Shown piece by piece: positions 29,970 to 39,014 of a stretch of DNA of 64,000 bases. The notes under the pieces were generated by a model. It was not told the origin of the DNA. It did not search any database and worked only from the letters and a program-made list of their open reading frames with translations. Every line of letters starts with the position of its first letter. Within the stretch, counting starts at the first letter, position 1. This DNA is from a virus (lineage: Duplodnaviria > Heunggongvirae > Uroviricota > Caudoviricetes): positions 13,578 through 77,577 of IMG/VR virus record IMGVR_UViG_3300042352_001190; one strand, written 5' to 3'. The translations under genes and the position numbers were made by a program.

Positions 29970-30043
29970 TTGTTCGCCTCGGGTTAATAGCCCTTGAATG
30001 ATCCCATGGTCATGAAGAGGTAAGCAAAAAATATAAATCTAAA

Positions 30044-30835
30044 ATGTATACACTACAAGAACAAAAGAAGTGTTCGGTGAATATCACCAGCAACAAAAAT
30101 CGTATTAAACAATACGAAAGTTCAGTCTACTTAAAAGACGGTCAACAATTTGAATTGGAAATCTTTAATCCTCACCAATTCAAAGTCTTAGCAAAAATTT
30201 CAATTAACGGTAGAGAAATTTCTCAAGCCGGTTTGGTAATCAGACCTGGCCAAAGAATTTACCTTGAGCGTTATATTGACGTTGCTAAAAAATTCAAGTT
30301 TGAAACTTATGAAGTTGAAGACTCTAATGAATCCAAAGAGGCAATCGCTAAAAATGGAGAAGTTAAAGTTGAATTCTTTTATGAGCAAAACTTAAGAGGA
30401 AATTACTGGTATGGTAATTCAATGACAATTAATTCAAATAATTGGAATGGATCACACACTACTACAATTAACCCAAATACATTCTTTACCACGACTGGAA
30501 CTAGTCAACTTGGATCAAATATTAGTTATACAAGTTCAAGCAGTGTGGGTAGTTTGAGTTATGGTGGAACCACTGTTAATAATATTTCAATGCCAGTCGC
30601 TGGCTCGCTTGAAACAGGCAGAATTGAAAAGGGTTCTAATTCAAAACAAAAATTCTCTGAAGAAAACGGATCCTATAATTGGTGGGTTAATGAAACTGTA
30701 ATTATAAAACTCCTACCACTTTCTAAAAAACCAGTTGAAGTTACTGAAATACGTAACTACTGCTGTGGATGCGGCTCACGTATCAAAAAATCTAGTTGGA
30801 AGTTTTGCCCTAGCTGTGGCGAATCTTTAGACTAA
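30044..30835 (+). CDS. hypothetical protein with a C-terminal zinc ribbon
   Basis: CCGCGSRIKKSSWKFCPSCG at the C-terminus. The gene is flanked by inverted repeats. Confidence 0.5.
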   Translation: MYTLQEQKKCSVNITSNKNRIKQYESSVYLKDGQQFELEIFNPHQFKVLAKISINGREISQAGLVIRPGQRIYLERYIDVAKKFKFETYEVEDSNESKEAIAKNGEVKVEFFYEQNLRGNYWYGNSMTINSNNWNGSHTTTINPNTFFTTTGTSQLGSNISYTSSSSVGSLSYGGTTVNNISMPVAGSLETGRIEKGSNSKQKFSEENGSYNWWVNETVIIKLLPLSKKPVEVTEIRNYCCGCGSRIKKSSWKFCPSCGESLD

Positions 30836-30846
30836 AATCAGAACAG

Positions 30847-30858
30847 AGAGGCTCTAAC
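30847..30858. repeat. right arm of the 12-bp inverted repeat
   Basis: gagaggctctaa. Confidence 0.5.
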
Positions 30859-30898
30859 TCACTTCTTTTTAGTATATTAGTTTTAAATCAAAATAGGA

Positions 30899-31237
30899 AT
30901 GGAAGATTTACTATACAAACTAGGCTGGCCAGGTAGAATGATCTCAGCAAGCAAAAGCGGTTATCGTGAGCAATACCCAGATAACTTGTCAATCTTTAAT
31001 GCTAATGTGTGCACTAATGAGGGAAAGATTTGGTGGGGAGATATTGATGTTACTCTTAGCAAAGAAGATTTAATTAATTTGGCAGTAGGCACTGGCAAAA
31101 CTATCTATGTACTCTATGAAATGGACGGTCGATTTGAAAATGAAGACAATCCAAAAATTGGAGAAGCTGCTGTTAAGTTTTTACCAGATGGTACAGTTGA
31201 ATTAAAAGAGAGCCTTAGGGAATACTATACACTTTAA
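30899..31237 (+). CDS. hypothetical protein
   Basis: ORF track. Confidence 0.45.
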   Translation: MEDLLYKLGWPGRMISASKSGYREQYPDNLSIFNANVCTNEGKIWWGDIDVTLSKEDLINLAVGTGKTIYVLYEMDGRFENEDNPKIGEAAVKFLPDGTVELKESLREYYTL

Positions 31238-31311
31238 GGTCCTTTAGCTCAGTTGGTTAGAGCAGCTCGCTCATAACGAGAAGGTCACAGGTTCGAGTCC
31301 TGTATGGACCA
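31238..31311 (+). tRNA. tRNA with CAT anticodon (elongator Met or lysidine-modified Ile2)
   Basis: Acceptor ggtcctt/atggacc with one mismatch. Anticodon loop ctCATaa. T-arm acagg ttcgagt cctgt. It is the third CAT tRNA in the window. Confidence 0.65.
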
Positions 31312-31333
31312 CTAATTTTTTAACAAAACAAAT

Positions 31334-31564
31334 ATGAAAATAGCGTCAACCTTAGGACTAGTCATACTATATTTTTTAGTGGCAGTCGGAGCAGTCTCAA
31401 CTATTGAGTTTGCATTTACATTAATGAATAAAGCAGATACTCTTTCGTTTATCGGAGGTCTTGGACTATTCATTATTACTGGAGCTTTTATTGTAGCATT
31501 AATTATACATATGATTAATGAATATAAGGGAGCCAAAGAATTTACTAACAAAAACGAAAACTAA
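31334..31564 (+). CDS. small two-TM membrane protein (possible partner of the SPFH protein)
   Basis: LVILYFLVAVGAVS and LGLFIITGAFIVALIIHMI. Confidence 0.35.
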   Translation: MKIASTLGLVILYFLVAVGAVSTIEFAFTLMNKADTLSFIGGLGLFIITGAFIVALIIHMINEYKGAKEFTNKNEN

Positions 31565-31565
31565 C

Positions 31566-32489
31566 ATGGCAGAAAAAAGCTATTGGGAACTCGAAAGAGA
31601 ACGTGAAGAACAAGAAAAATTAAATAAACAACTAAAAATTAAAAAAATGGTAAAGAAAATCGTAATCGGAATTGCTGCATTTATTGCACTAATCGTATTG
31701 TTTCAATCATGTGAGCGAATTGACGCTGGACATGTAGGTGTAAAAGTTAATTTGTATGGAACTGGAAAGGGCGTTGATGATGTAACTGAGTGTACAGGTT
31801 GGGTATTTTACAATCCAATCTCTACAAAAATCTATGAATTTCCAACATTTATTCAACATAAAGAATATAAAAAGACAGAGGACATTGATAATTCATTTGT
31901 AGTCAATTCCAAAGATGGTAGTGAATTCCAAGTTTCTCCTATTATGAACTATTCAGTTCAGCGAGAAAAAGTACCCGCAATCTTTGCTAAATATCGCAGA
32001 AGCCTACCTGAAATTGAAGAAGGTTTCTTAAAGACAGCAGTATATGATGCGTTCCGTTTAGCTACTAACAAATATACAGCAGACGAGCTAATTTCTAATA
32101 GAGCAGTATTTGAAGTAGAGGTACGAAGATTATTGGAGGGCCAATTACTTAAAGAAGGCTTTATTATTAATCAATTTACATCTAACTTAATCTATCCTGA
32201 AACATTTAAGAAATCTATTGAGGCCAAGAATAACGCAGTGCAAGCAGCGCTTAGGGCAGAAAATGAAGTTAAAACAGCTGAAGCACAAGCCAAAATTAAA
32301 ATTGCAACGGCAAATGGTAATGCTCAGGCAATGTTAACTGCGGCCAAGGCTGAAGCAGAAGCAAATAGTCTAAAACAGAAAACTATTACTCCAATGCTAT
32401 TACAATTAGAGTGGATTAACAAATGGAATGGTAGATTGCCTGAAACAATGTTAGGTGATAAATCCAATACAATGATTGGACTTAAGTAA
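31566..32489 (+). CDS. SPFH/band-7 domain membrane protein (HflC/prohibitin-like)
   Basis: N-terminal TM. DAGHVGVKVNLYGTGKGV..GWVFYNPISTKIYEFP matches the SPFH core. The C-terminus is an Ala/Glu/Lys-rich coiled coil. Confidence 0.6.
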   Translation: MAEKSYWELEREREEQEKLNKQLKIKKMVKKIVIGIAAFIALIVLFQSCERIDAGHVGVKVNLYGTGKGVDDVTECTGWVFYNPISTKIYEFPTFIQHKEYKKTEDIDNSFVVNSKDGSEFQVSPIMNYSVQREKVPAIFAKYRRSLPEIEEGFLKTAVYDAFRLATNKYTADELISNRAVFEVEVRRLLEGQLLKEGFIINQFTSNLIYPETFKKSIEAKNNAVQAALRAENEVKTAEAQAKIKIATANGNAQAMLTAAKAEAEANSLKQKTITPMLLQLEWINKWNGRLPETMLGDKSNTMIGLK

Positions 32490-32490
32490 A

Positions 32491-32994
32491 ATGAAAGCAG
32501 ACGACCTACTTAAATTAATAGAGTCTGAACCAAACAAAGTTAAATTGCTGATTGAGGCACTAGACCAGCTTAAGGCTGGTTTAGGCTTTCAGCAAGATTT
32601 GTTAACTCCAGGTTTTATTAAAGAATGGATGATTTCTGAAATTCTTGGACATAAGTGCCATACTACTAAGCATGGAGCTGATGCCTATTCACAATGTGGT
32701 AAGGAGCAATATGAATACTTATCATGTAAAGAGGGTGGCGGATTTCAGTTAGATCGAATTCATGATGGTAATCTTGTTAGAATAACTAGAAACTCTGCAT
32801 TTTTCTTTGCAGAATTCGATGTCAAAACTGGCTTAATTTGCCAGAGAATTTGGAAAGGTTCTACTCAAGTTTTCTTAAATGAAGCCCTTCGTAAACTAGA
32901 GAAAATGTCAGCTTCATCTAATCACTTAACATTTCCAATTAAGTGGGTAAAAACCAATTGTGAATTAGTATATTTAAATCCAGATATAACTTAA
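32491..32994 (+). CDS. hypothetical protein, possible 2H-family cyclic phosphodiesterase (tentative)
   Basis: Two H-x-T motifs (CHTTK and NHLTF) lie ~85 aa apart in a ~170-aa protein. The stop is 1 nt before the kinase start. Confidence 0.3.
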   Translation: MKADDLLKLIESEPNKVKLLIEALDQLKAGLGFQQDLLTPGFIKEWMISEILGHKCHTTKHGADAYSQCGKEQYEYLSCKEGGGFQLDRIHDGNLVRITRNSAFFFAEFDVKTGLICQRIWKGSTQVFLNEALRKLEKMSASSNHLTFPIKWVKTNCELVYLNPDIT

Positions 32995-32995
32995 T

Positions 32996-33409
32996 ATGAA
33001 GAACTTAATTTTATTAAGAGGCGTACCAGGATCTGGTAAAAGTACAACTGCTAAGCTATTGGGAGCAGGTGGAGCAGGCTATGCTCATTTTGAAGCTGAC
33101 CAATATTTTATGGAGGATGGCGAATACAAGTTTGATCCTACTAAATTAAAGGAGGCCCATGCTTGGTGTAGAAATAGTGTTGAACATGCAATGCTGCTAA
33201 ATCATACAACTGGCTATAATAGTACAATTATAGTATCTAATACATTTACTCAAGAATGGGAAATGGAAGCTTACTATGATTTGGCAAAATCTTGGGGTTA
33301 TACTACATTTAGTCTTATTGTTGAAAATAGACACGGTGGAGTAAATGAACATGGAGTACCTGATGAAGTACTAACTAAAATGAAAGATCGTTTTGAAATA
33401 AAATTATAA
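32996..33409 (+). CDS. P-loop polynucleotide 5'-kinase-like protein (T4 Pnk kinase-domain-like)
   Basis: LILLRGVPGSGKSTTAKLL is a Walker A motif in the first beta-strand. The size and pattern fit the T4 Pnk kinase domain. The stop abuts the ligase start. Confidence 0.65.
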   Translation: MKNLILLRGVPGSGKSTTAKLLGAGGAGYAHFEADQYFMEDGEYKFDPTKLKEAHAWCRNSVEHAMLLNHTTGYNSTIIVSNTFTQEWEMEAYYDLAKSWGYTTFSLIVENRHGGVNEHGVPDEVLTKMKDRFEIKL

Positions 33410-33410
33410 A

Positions 33411-34538
33411 ATGGAAAATCAAAATTCAGTTTGCTATGTAGCAAAAATTAATGAAATTAAACCTATTGAAGGTGCTGATAAAATTGAATTAGCTGTAGTC
33501 GGTGGGTGGAATGCTATCATACAAAAAGGTCAATATGCAGAAGAAGATCTAATTGTAGTTGCTACCACTGATGCAGTTATTCCAAAAGAATTGTCTGATG
33601 CAATTGATGTAACTAGCTACCTTAGAAAAGGTGGACGAGTACGTACCATTAAATTGAGAGGTGTATATTCTGAATGCTTAATTATCCCATTGAAGCATAT
33701 TCCATTTATGGAAAATTACTATGAAGGTAAGGACATGATGTATGCAATGGATATTTGGAAATACGAACCTCCAGTTAAGCAAGTTCAATTGGCTAGTGGT
33801 AAAAAAATTAGATATTCCGAAAATCCAAACTTTCATATCTACTATAAATTTCCAAATGCAAAGAATGTGCCAGATCTTTTTACTGAAGAAGATTGGGTTG
33901 AGATTTCTCGTAAGATCCATGGAACTAATGCGCGTTATGGTATTGTAAAGAAAAATAAACTTTCTCTATTTGATAAGGTAAAGAAATTGTTTGGTGCCAA
34001 ATGGGTTGATTATGAATTTGTAGTCGGTTCCCATAATGTAGAAAAGGGAAGTGATTCACAGGGGTTCTACGATACAAATGTATGGTATGAAATTGCCGAT
34101 AAATATAACATTAAGGAAGTTTTATGGAAGTTCGCCAAGGACACCGAAAGATTCCCAGACGGTATTGGCACAGGCGTAGTTTTATACGGAGAGATTTATG
34201 GAGCAGGCATTCAAAAGAATTATGATTACGGACTAAAGGAAATTGAATTTGCAGGATTTGACCTGGAAATTAATGGAAAATACTGTTCAACTGACGAGTC
34301 TTTTAATTTTGTTGGAATTGAAATGAACTTACCTTATGTTGATGTATTGTATGTTGGAGATTGGAATAAGGAAATTCAAGATATGTATGTTTTTGATAAC
34401 TTTATCTATGGCACCAAAGTTCCTCATGAAGGAGTTGTAGTTAAACACCATACTGGAGATCGCCATAAGGTTGCAAAAGTAATCAATCCAGATTACTTGA
34501 TCTATGCTGAGAACTGGGAAGTGGGAGACAGCCATTAA
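33411..34538 (+). CDS. ATP-dependent RNA ligase with an N-terminal tRNA-binding OB domain (Rnl2/Rnl5-like)
   Basis: N-domain KPIEGADKIELAVVGG ... IKLRGVYSECLII matches the Myf/EMAP-type tRNA-binding fold. The nucleotidyltransferase has motif I KIHGTN, motif IV EGVVVK and motif V KVAKV. Confidence 0.7.
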   Translation: MENQNSVCYVAKINEIKPIEGADKIELAVVGGWNAIIQKGQYAEEDLIVVATTDAVIPKELSDAIDVTSYLRKGGRVRTIKLRGVYSECLIIPLKHIPFMENYYEGKDMMYAMDIWKYEPPVKQVQLASGKKIRYSENPNFHIYYKFPNAKNVPDLFTEEDWVEISRKIHGTNARYGIVKKNKLSLFDKVKKLFGAKWVDYEFVVGSHNVEKGSDSQGFYDTNVWYEIADKYNIKEVLWKFAKDTERFPDGIGTGVVLYGEIYGAGIQKNYDYGLKEIEFAGFDLEINGKYCSTDESFNFVGIEMNLPYVDVLYVGDWNKEIQDMYVFDNFIYGTKVPHEGVVVKHHTGDRHKVAKVINPDYLIYAENWEVGDSH

Positions 34539-34625
34539 CAAAAATAATTAGGTATATTAGTATCATGAAGAACAAATTTACAAGCAAAGACGTTATTGTA
34601 GCTGCACTTATTGCACTATGGTTAG

Positions 34626-34994
34626 TTGGAGTTATTTGGGGAATTACACATTCAATTTAATTATATGAATTTATACATTTATCCAGGTATTAGACAAGTA
34701 GAAGACGCCCAATTCTTAGTTGTAACAGAGGAGGGCGAGGTTCTATATTCACATGTTTGCTCAAGTTATACCTTTGCCAAAAGCGATTTGGTCGAAGGTC
34801 GTCCTGAAAGGATTGATGAACTCAATCAAAAGTATGGTAAAGGCGGATGGTCTCTGCAGTTCATTGATGAAGAGGGTCAGACCGATATTACAATGGACGA
34901 ATTGTGGGAGCGCAATCAAGAATTTTATAAAGCATCAGAACTTCCAATCGAAGGTCCTCTTTCTGAGGATGCAGATTGTGGATGCGGTCAATAA
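34626..34994 (+). CDS. hypothetical acidic protein
   Basis: ORF track; the start may be an internal ATG. Confidence 0.4.
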   Translation: MELFGELHIQFNYMNLYIYPGIRQVEDAQFLVVTEEGEVLYSHVCSSYTFAKSDLVEGRPERIDELNQKYGKGGWSLQFIDEEGQTDITMDELWERNQEFYKASELPIEGPLSEDADCGCGQ

Positions 34995-35000
34995 TTTAAT

Positions 35001-35240
35001 ATGAATCCAGCAAATTTAAAAAGATATATGCCAGTAAGTAAAACTATAAAAGTCGCTGATGCATTCAGGACTAATGATTTGAGCTTGACTCCAGGAGGAT
35101 TTGAAGTTTCAATTACTCTAAATAATGGACAAACTTTAGTTTATGATAAAATTAAAAGTCCTAAACGATATATCCAAAGTTTGTCTAATTATAGTGATAT
35201 TGTATCAGTTACAGTTGATGGTAAACCTTTTAATTTTTAA
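35001..35240 (+). CDS. hypothetical protein
   Basis: ORF track; head-to-tail small-gene array. Confidence 0.4.
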   Translation: MNPANLKRYMPVSKTIKVADAFRTNDLSLTPGGFEVSITLNNGQTLVYDKIKSPKRYIQSLSNYSDIVSVTVDGKPFNF

Positions 35241-35243
35241 CAA

Positions 35244-35507
35244 ATGAAAACTTTTGAAGATTTAGAATTTAAAGATCATCCAAATGGAATGGGTGGAGTA
35301 CAAGCTAAAATCCAATTTAGTAATGGATTTGGGGCAAGTATTGTTAAAACCCCATTTTCGTATGGTGGATCTAAAGGCCTATACGAATTAGCAGTATTTG
35401 GAAAGGATGGCAGCATTACTTATGATACTCCAATTACTAATGATGTATTAGGTTACTTAAGTGAAGTGGCAGTAACCCAAACTCTATCTAAAATTCAAGC
35501 TCTATAA
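35244..35507 (+). CDS. hypothetical protein
   Basis: ORF track. Confidence 0.4.
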   Translation: MKTFEDLEFKDHPNGMGGVQAKIQFSNGFGASIVKTPFSYGGSKGLYELAVFGKDGSITYDTPITNDVLGYLSEVAVTQTLSKIQAL

Positions 35508-35508
35508 C

Positions 35509-35796
35509 ATGGCAAAGAAAAAATCTCCTGAAGAAATGGCTAAGATTCTCATTGATAAAATGTTTGAGATCGCTGGTCATGATGTGAAGTATGAAGATAT
35601 CGTTGAGCGTAAGGATAATTGGTTTTGGGATTGGACTATGACAATGGAACAGCGTAATCAATGGGTAGAATGGGGAGTTGACGTTTTACAAAAGAATAAT
35701 AAACACAGAACCCGAAAGCAAGCTGAAATTGATATGAGCTGGGTTGATATGCAATGGGGTCTTAAAGTATCAGATTATGAGCACACTAACAATTAA
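35509..35796 (+). CDS. hypothetical protein
   Basis: ORF track. Confidence 0.4.
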   Translation: MAKKKSPEEMAKILIDKMFEIAGHDVKYEDIVERKDNWFWDWTMTMEQRNQWVEWGVDVLQKNNKHRTRKQAEIDMSWVDMQWGLKVSDYEHTNN

Positions 35797-36085
35797 TACA
35801 GATTCAAGTCACTTGACTATGAAAGGATCGGGTAAAGTTACTATTAAGAGTAGTATTACTATTGCAGGTAGTGGGACCCATTTACCAATTGAGTGCACTG
35901 CAGATTTTAGTAATATTCCAACTAATCTACATCAAATTTATTTTGATGCATTTAAGTATCAATATGCAGGTCAAGTAAATGTTCACAATAATACTGAACC
36001 TTTGACTATTAAAGAACAAAAAAGTGAATGGCGCTTAAATAGAATCGCTGAGATTATTCTTGGTGCAATTAAATCAAAGAGGTAA
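35744..36085 (+). CDS. hypothetical protein
   Basis: ORF track; the start is probably an internal ATG near 35777. Confidence 0.35.
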   Translation: MICNGVLKYQIMSTLTINTDSSHLTMKGSGKVTIKSSITIAGSGTHLPIECTADFSNIPTNLHQIYFDAFKYQYAGQVNVHNNTEPLTIKEQKSEWRLNRIAEIILGAIKSKR

Positions 36086-36318
36086 TGAGTAGATACACTA
36101 AAAAACTAGATAACGGGAATACTATTGTATATGGTTGGGACCATGCACTTGGATATTTTTATGACGTCTGGGAAAATTATGATACCAAAGAAGAAAAATG
36201 CATCAAGGAAAGATGCTCGCTATTCGGAATGTCTAAAAACGAATTAGTGGATGCTATTAGCGAAATCAAGGCAAATCCAGATTTTATGCAAGCTCTTGCA
36301 TTGGACCTGCCACATTAA
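36085..36318 (+). CDS. hypothetical protein
   Basis: ORF track. Confidence 0.4.
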   Translation: MSRYTKKLDNGNTIVYGWDHALGYFYDVWENYDTKEEKCIKERCSLFGMSKNELVDAISEIKANPDFMQALALDLPH

Positions 36319-36327
36319 AATTAAATT

Positions 36328-36789
36328 ATGTACAAATTATTAATTGTGATAGGGATCACCTTTATCGCAAAGTTTTCATTTAGCCAAGACCTGGTTGAAG
36401 TTCCACCTTTTACAAAGGATTCAACTCTTAACAGTTTTATTCTTCATTGGATTGGTAAACCATATAAACTTGGTGGTAGTACTGAAGCAGGAATTGACTG
36501 TTCTCAATTTAATAAAAGGCTCTATCAAGATGTTTATGAAATTAAATTAGAGGGGGTTTGTTATAAACAATGGAACCAAACTATCCGAATTAAAAAGGAC
36601 AGTCTTGAAATTGGGGACTTAGTATTTTTTAGAAGTAGTCAATCTCCTTCGGGTTGGCACTGTGGAACCTATATTGGAGAAACTATGTTTGTTCATGCTG
36701 CAAATAGGGCTGAGGGTGTAAAGGTAAGTTCCTTAATGGAACCTCGATATAAGGCCGCCTACAAAGGGGCAGGAAGACTTTCAGATTAA
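36328..36789 (+). CDS. secreted NlpC/P60 family cell-wall peptidase
   Basis: Signal peptide present. GIDCSQF holds the catalytic Cys. GDLVFF and HCGTYIG with a downstream H fit the NlpC/P60 order. Confidence 0.65.
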   Translation: MYKLLIVIGITFIAKFSFSQDLVEVPPFTKDSTLNSFILHWIGKPYKLGGSTEAGIDCSQFNKRLYQDVYEIKLEGVCYKQWNQTIRIKKDSLEIGDLVFFRSSQSPSGWHCGTYIGETMFVHAANRAEGVKVSSLMEPRYKAAYKGAGRLSD

Positions 36790-36875
36790 TTTAGTGTTAT
36801 TTTTAAAAAAATATCACATTTTTAAAAACTTGTGGAGGAAGCGTTGTTAAATAACTAAAATTAACAGCTGCTACT

Positions 36876-37112
36876 ATGTCTACCCTACTAAAATCACCAG
36901 TTACCATTGACGATACTTATATCGGCAAACGCTTTACTATGGTAAATGCTAGAGGTGAGGAAGTAGAAGATACAGTTAAAGAGTTTGTAACCATTTGGAT
37001 GGCTAAAACTCATAGAAAAACTAATACTAGAGTTTATCGACCGCAGTTGTCAGTTAAAAGCCCCAGTGAAAAACTCTATTCACTAGCAGAGATCTATTTT
37101 CATCTCGATTAA
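36876..37112 (+). CDS. hypothetical protein
   Basis: ORF track. Confidence 0.4.
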   Translation: MSTLLKSPVTIDDTYIGKRFTMVNARGEEVEDTVKEFVTIWMAKTHRKTNTRVYRPQLSVKSPSEKLYSLAEIYFHLD

Positions 37113-37173
37113 TCCATTTCTTTTTTGTTAGTACAAGACCATTGTAGCTAAGACACAAAATAATCTTAAAACA

Positions 37174-37476
37174 ATGGAATTAACGTCATTTGCTTTAGGT
37201 ATGCTAACGATGGTTGCTGTTGCATTTGCAATAGTAGTTGTTATTGGTTTGCTTAAGGTTACTAAACAAGCAAAAGAGATTGAAAATCTCCACAAAGGTC
37301 TCGATCAAGCAACTCGAGATTACCACCAAGATCTTCAAGTATGGAGAACAGATTTAGAATTAGAAATAAAAAGAGTCGAATTAGAGTGCAAATCCTACAC
37401 TGATTCAAGACTTGATAAAAAATTAGGATTGACAGGTTCAAAGTCACAAAAAGAGAATACACTAATTAATAGCTAA
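37174..37476 (+). CDS. single-TM membrane protein
   Basis: FALGMLTMVAVAFAIVVVIGLL. Confidence 0.4.
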   Translation: MELTSFALGMLTMVAVAFAIVVVIGLLKVTKQAKEIENLHKGLDQATRDYHQDLQVWRTDLELEIKRVELECKSYTDSRLDKKLGLTGSKSQKENTLINS

Positions 37477-37478
37477 TT
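37467..37478 (+). promoter_or_regulatory. TTAGTATAATA promoter-like motif
   Basis: attagtataata lies upstream of tRNA-Pro. Confidence 0.45.
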
Positions 37479-37499
37479 AGTATAATAGTTTTAGCTACT

Positions 37500-37576
37500 C
37501 GGGATGTAGCGTAGTCCGGTATCGCGCCTGCTTTGGGAGCAGGAGGCCGTAGGTTCGAATCCTGCCATCCCGACCA
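37500..37576 (+). tRNA. tRNA-Pro (TGG), CCA encoded
   Basis: Acceptor cgggatg/catcccg. Anticodon arm cctgc ttTGGga gcagg. T-arm gtagg ttcgaat cctgc. Followed by A-CCA. Confidence 0.85.
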
Positions 37577-37579
37577 AAT

Positions 37580-37595
37580 TTTAGGTATAATATAA
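37580..37595 (+). promoter_or_regulatory. TTAGGTATAATATAA promoter-like motif
   Basis: Ends 3 nt before the ATG at 37598. Confidence 0.4.
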
Positions 37596-37597
37596 TT

Positions 37598-37786
37598 ATG
37601 GAGAAGATGAGTAAATTTTTAATTTGGACACAGATCGTAATTAACTTACTACTTATGGTAGTTTTAGTAATTGCAGCCTTTGACAAAACTATGTTAGATG
37701 TAGTTGATGTCAGATGGTGGACCCTGTTTATTTTAGTTAATTTGTACAGTGATAAACTGTGGAACGACTTAAATAAAATGCGCTAA
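37598..37786 (+). CDS. small membrane protein
   Basis: LIWTQIVINLLLMVVLVIAAF. Confidence 0.3.
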   Translation: MEKMSKFLIWTQIVINLLLMVVLVIAAFDKTMLDVVDVRWWTLFILVNLYSDKLWNDLNKMR

Positions 37787-37794
37787 CAAAACGA

Positions 37795-37869
37795 GGTCCT
37801 GTAGTTCAACGGATAGAACAACTGCCTTCTAAGCAGTGGATCCAAGTTCGATTCTTGGCGGGACTACCA
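37795..37869 (+). tRNA. tRNA-Arg (TCT), CCA encoded
   Basis: Acceptor ggtcctg/cgggact. D-arm gttc aacggata gaac. Anticodon arm actgc ctTCTaa gcagt. T-arm ccaag ttcgatt cttgg. Confidence 0.85.
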
Positions 37870-37881
37870 CAAAATTTAGAT

Positions 37882-38142
37882 ATGAAAAAAGTATATTTTA
37901 TAATTGGAACATTTCTTACTCTAGCTGCACTTGGCTGTGAATCACCTAAGGTTGCTGAAGTTATCGAAAAGGATTGTATTGTAACTGAAGTTGAATATTT
38001 TCAAATTGGAGAAAAACACACACTACAAATAGATCCTGAATGGAGAGTCACTACTGATTGTGGAACAACCTATACTTCTAGGCGAGCAATGAGAGTTGGT
38101 GACACTGTTCAAATTAAAATTGTAAAGTATAAGAAAAATTAG
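37882..38142 (+). CDS. small lipoprotein
   Basis: MKKVYFIIGTFLTLAALGCES has a signal peptide and a lipobox. The track ORF starts inside the tRNA; the ATG at 37882 is preferred. Confidence 0.45.
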   Translation: MKKVYFIIGTFLTLAALGCESPKVAEVIEKDCIVTEVEYFQIGEKHTLQIDPEWRVTTDCGTTYTSRRAMRVGDTVQIKIVKYKKN

Positions 38143-38151
38143 TATAATAAA
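38139..38151 (+). promoter_or_regulatory. TTAGTATAATAAA promoter-like motif
   Basis: Lies 15 nt upstream of the 38166 ATG. Confidence 0.45.
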
Positions 38152-38165
38152 TTAAAATCTATACA

Positions 38166-38375
38166 ATGAAAGAACATTTAGCAAATATGCTGAAATCAGC
38201 AGCTGAAGCAGATAGACAAAAGGCTCTTTTAACGCTTGAATTACTAAGTAATCATGCAGTAGGAATTGGAGACCATTCAACTGGAGATTTCTATAAAAAT
38301 GCCGAAGAGGCTATTACAATGTTAGTAGATGCAGACGATCGCATTGCAGCAGTTGAAAAGTATCTAACTAAGTAA
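38166..38375 (+). CDS. hypothetical protein
   Basis: ORF track. Confidence 0.4.
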   Translation: MKEHLANMLKSAAEADRQKALLTLELLSNHAVGIGDHSTGDFYKNAEEAITMLVDADDRIAAVEKYLTK

Positions 38376-38384
38376 TAAATCCAC

Positions 38385-38466
38385 GCCCCTTTGGTGGAAT
38401 TGGTAGACACGCTAGACTTAGGATCTAGTGCCGCAAGGTTTGAGAGTTCGAGTCTCTCAGGGGGTA
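38385..38466 (+). tRNA. tRNA-Leu (TAG)
   Basis: D-loop ggaattggtagac. Anticodon arm ctaga ctTAGga tctag. Long variable arm. T-arm gagag ttcgagt ctctc. Confidence 0.85.
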
Positions 38467-38473
38467 CTCAATA

Positions 38474-38586
38474 CAAGAGTGGCGGAAACGACACATGTGG
38501 CCACATGTCGATAGATAGACGTGACCTCGCCCAGAGGTTGGTTGATAGGTAACTAAACCGTGAAGGTGCAAGTCCTTCCTCTTGTA
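38474..38586 (+). ncRNA. tRNA-like structured element with an internal 16-bp palindrome
   Basis: 5' acaagag pairs with 3' ctcttgt. T-arm-like gaagg tgcaagt ccttc. Internal perfect palindrome acatgtggccacatgt. Confidence 0.3.
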
Positions 38587-38590
38587 CAAC

Positions 38591-38622
38591 AGGACTGAAG
38601 CAATTCAGTCCTTTTTAGTTTT
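38591..38622 (+). terminator. rho-independent terminator
   Basis: aggactgaa gcaa ttcagtcct hairpin followed by tttttagtttt. Confidence 0.7.
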
Positions 38623-38636
38623 AGATAAATAACTGT

Positions 38637-39014
38637 ATGAAGAATCAAGTTAAACAGTTCGGAGAATTTATCAATGAAGGAAAACTTCAAAAGGATCAAA
38701 AAAAGATCTTTATTGAATTTGATGAATCTCGATTAATGGGAGCAACTAAAATTGCAGAAAATGCAAAGGAACGTGGCGGTAATGCAATGCTAACCTATAA
38801 TCACTTTGTTGTTAAGTTGCCATATTACAAAAAAGCAAAAAAAGGTTGGACTGTTGAAGACCGTGATGCTGCAATAAAAGAGTACAATTCTTTGGTTGAT
38901 GAACTTACTTCAACTAAAGATACCTTAAAAATCAAGCAAACTGACTTTCAAAAGTTAGTTGGAAAAATTGAAGTTCTTGGAGAACTCATTATCAAATACA
39001 ATGAAATATATTAA
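38637..39014 (+). CDS. hypothetical protein
   Basis: ORF track. Confidence 0.45.
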   Translation: MKNQVKQFGEFINEGKLQKDQKKIFIEFDESRLMGATKIAENAKERGGNAMLTYNHFVVKLPYYKKAKKGWTVEDRDAAIKEYNSLVDELTSTKDTLKIKQTDFQKLVGKIEVLGELIIKYNEIY

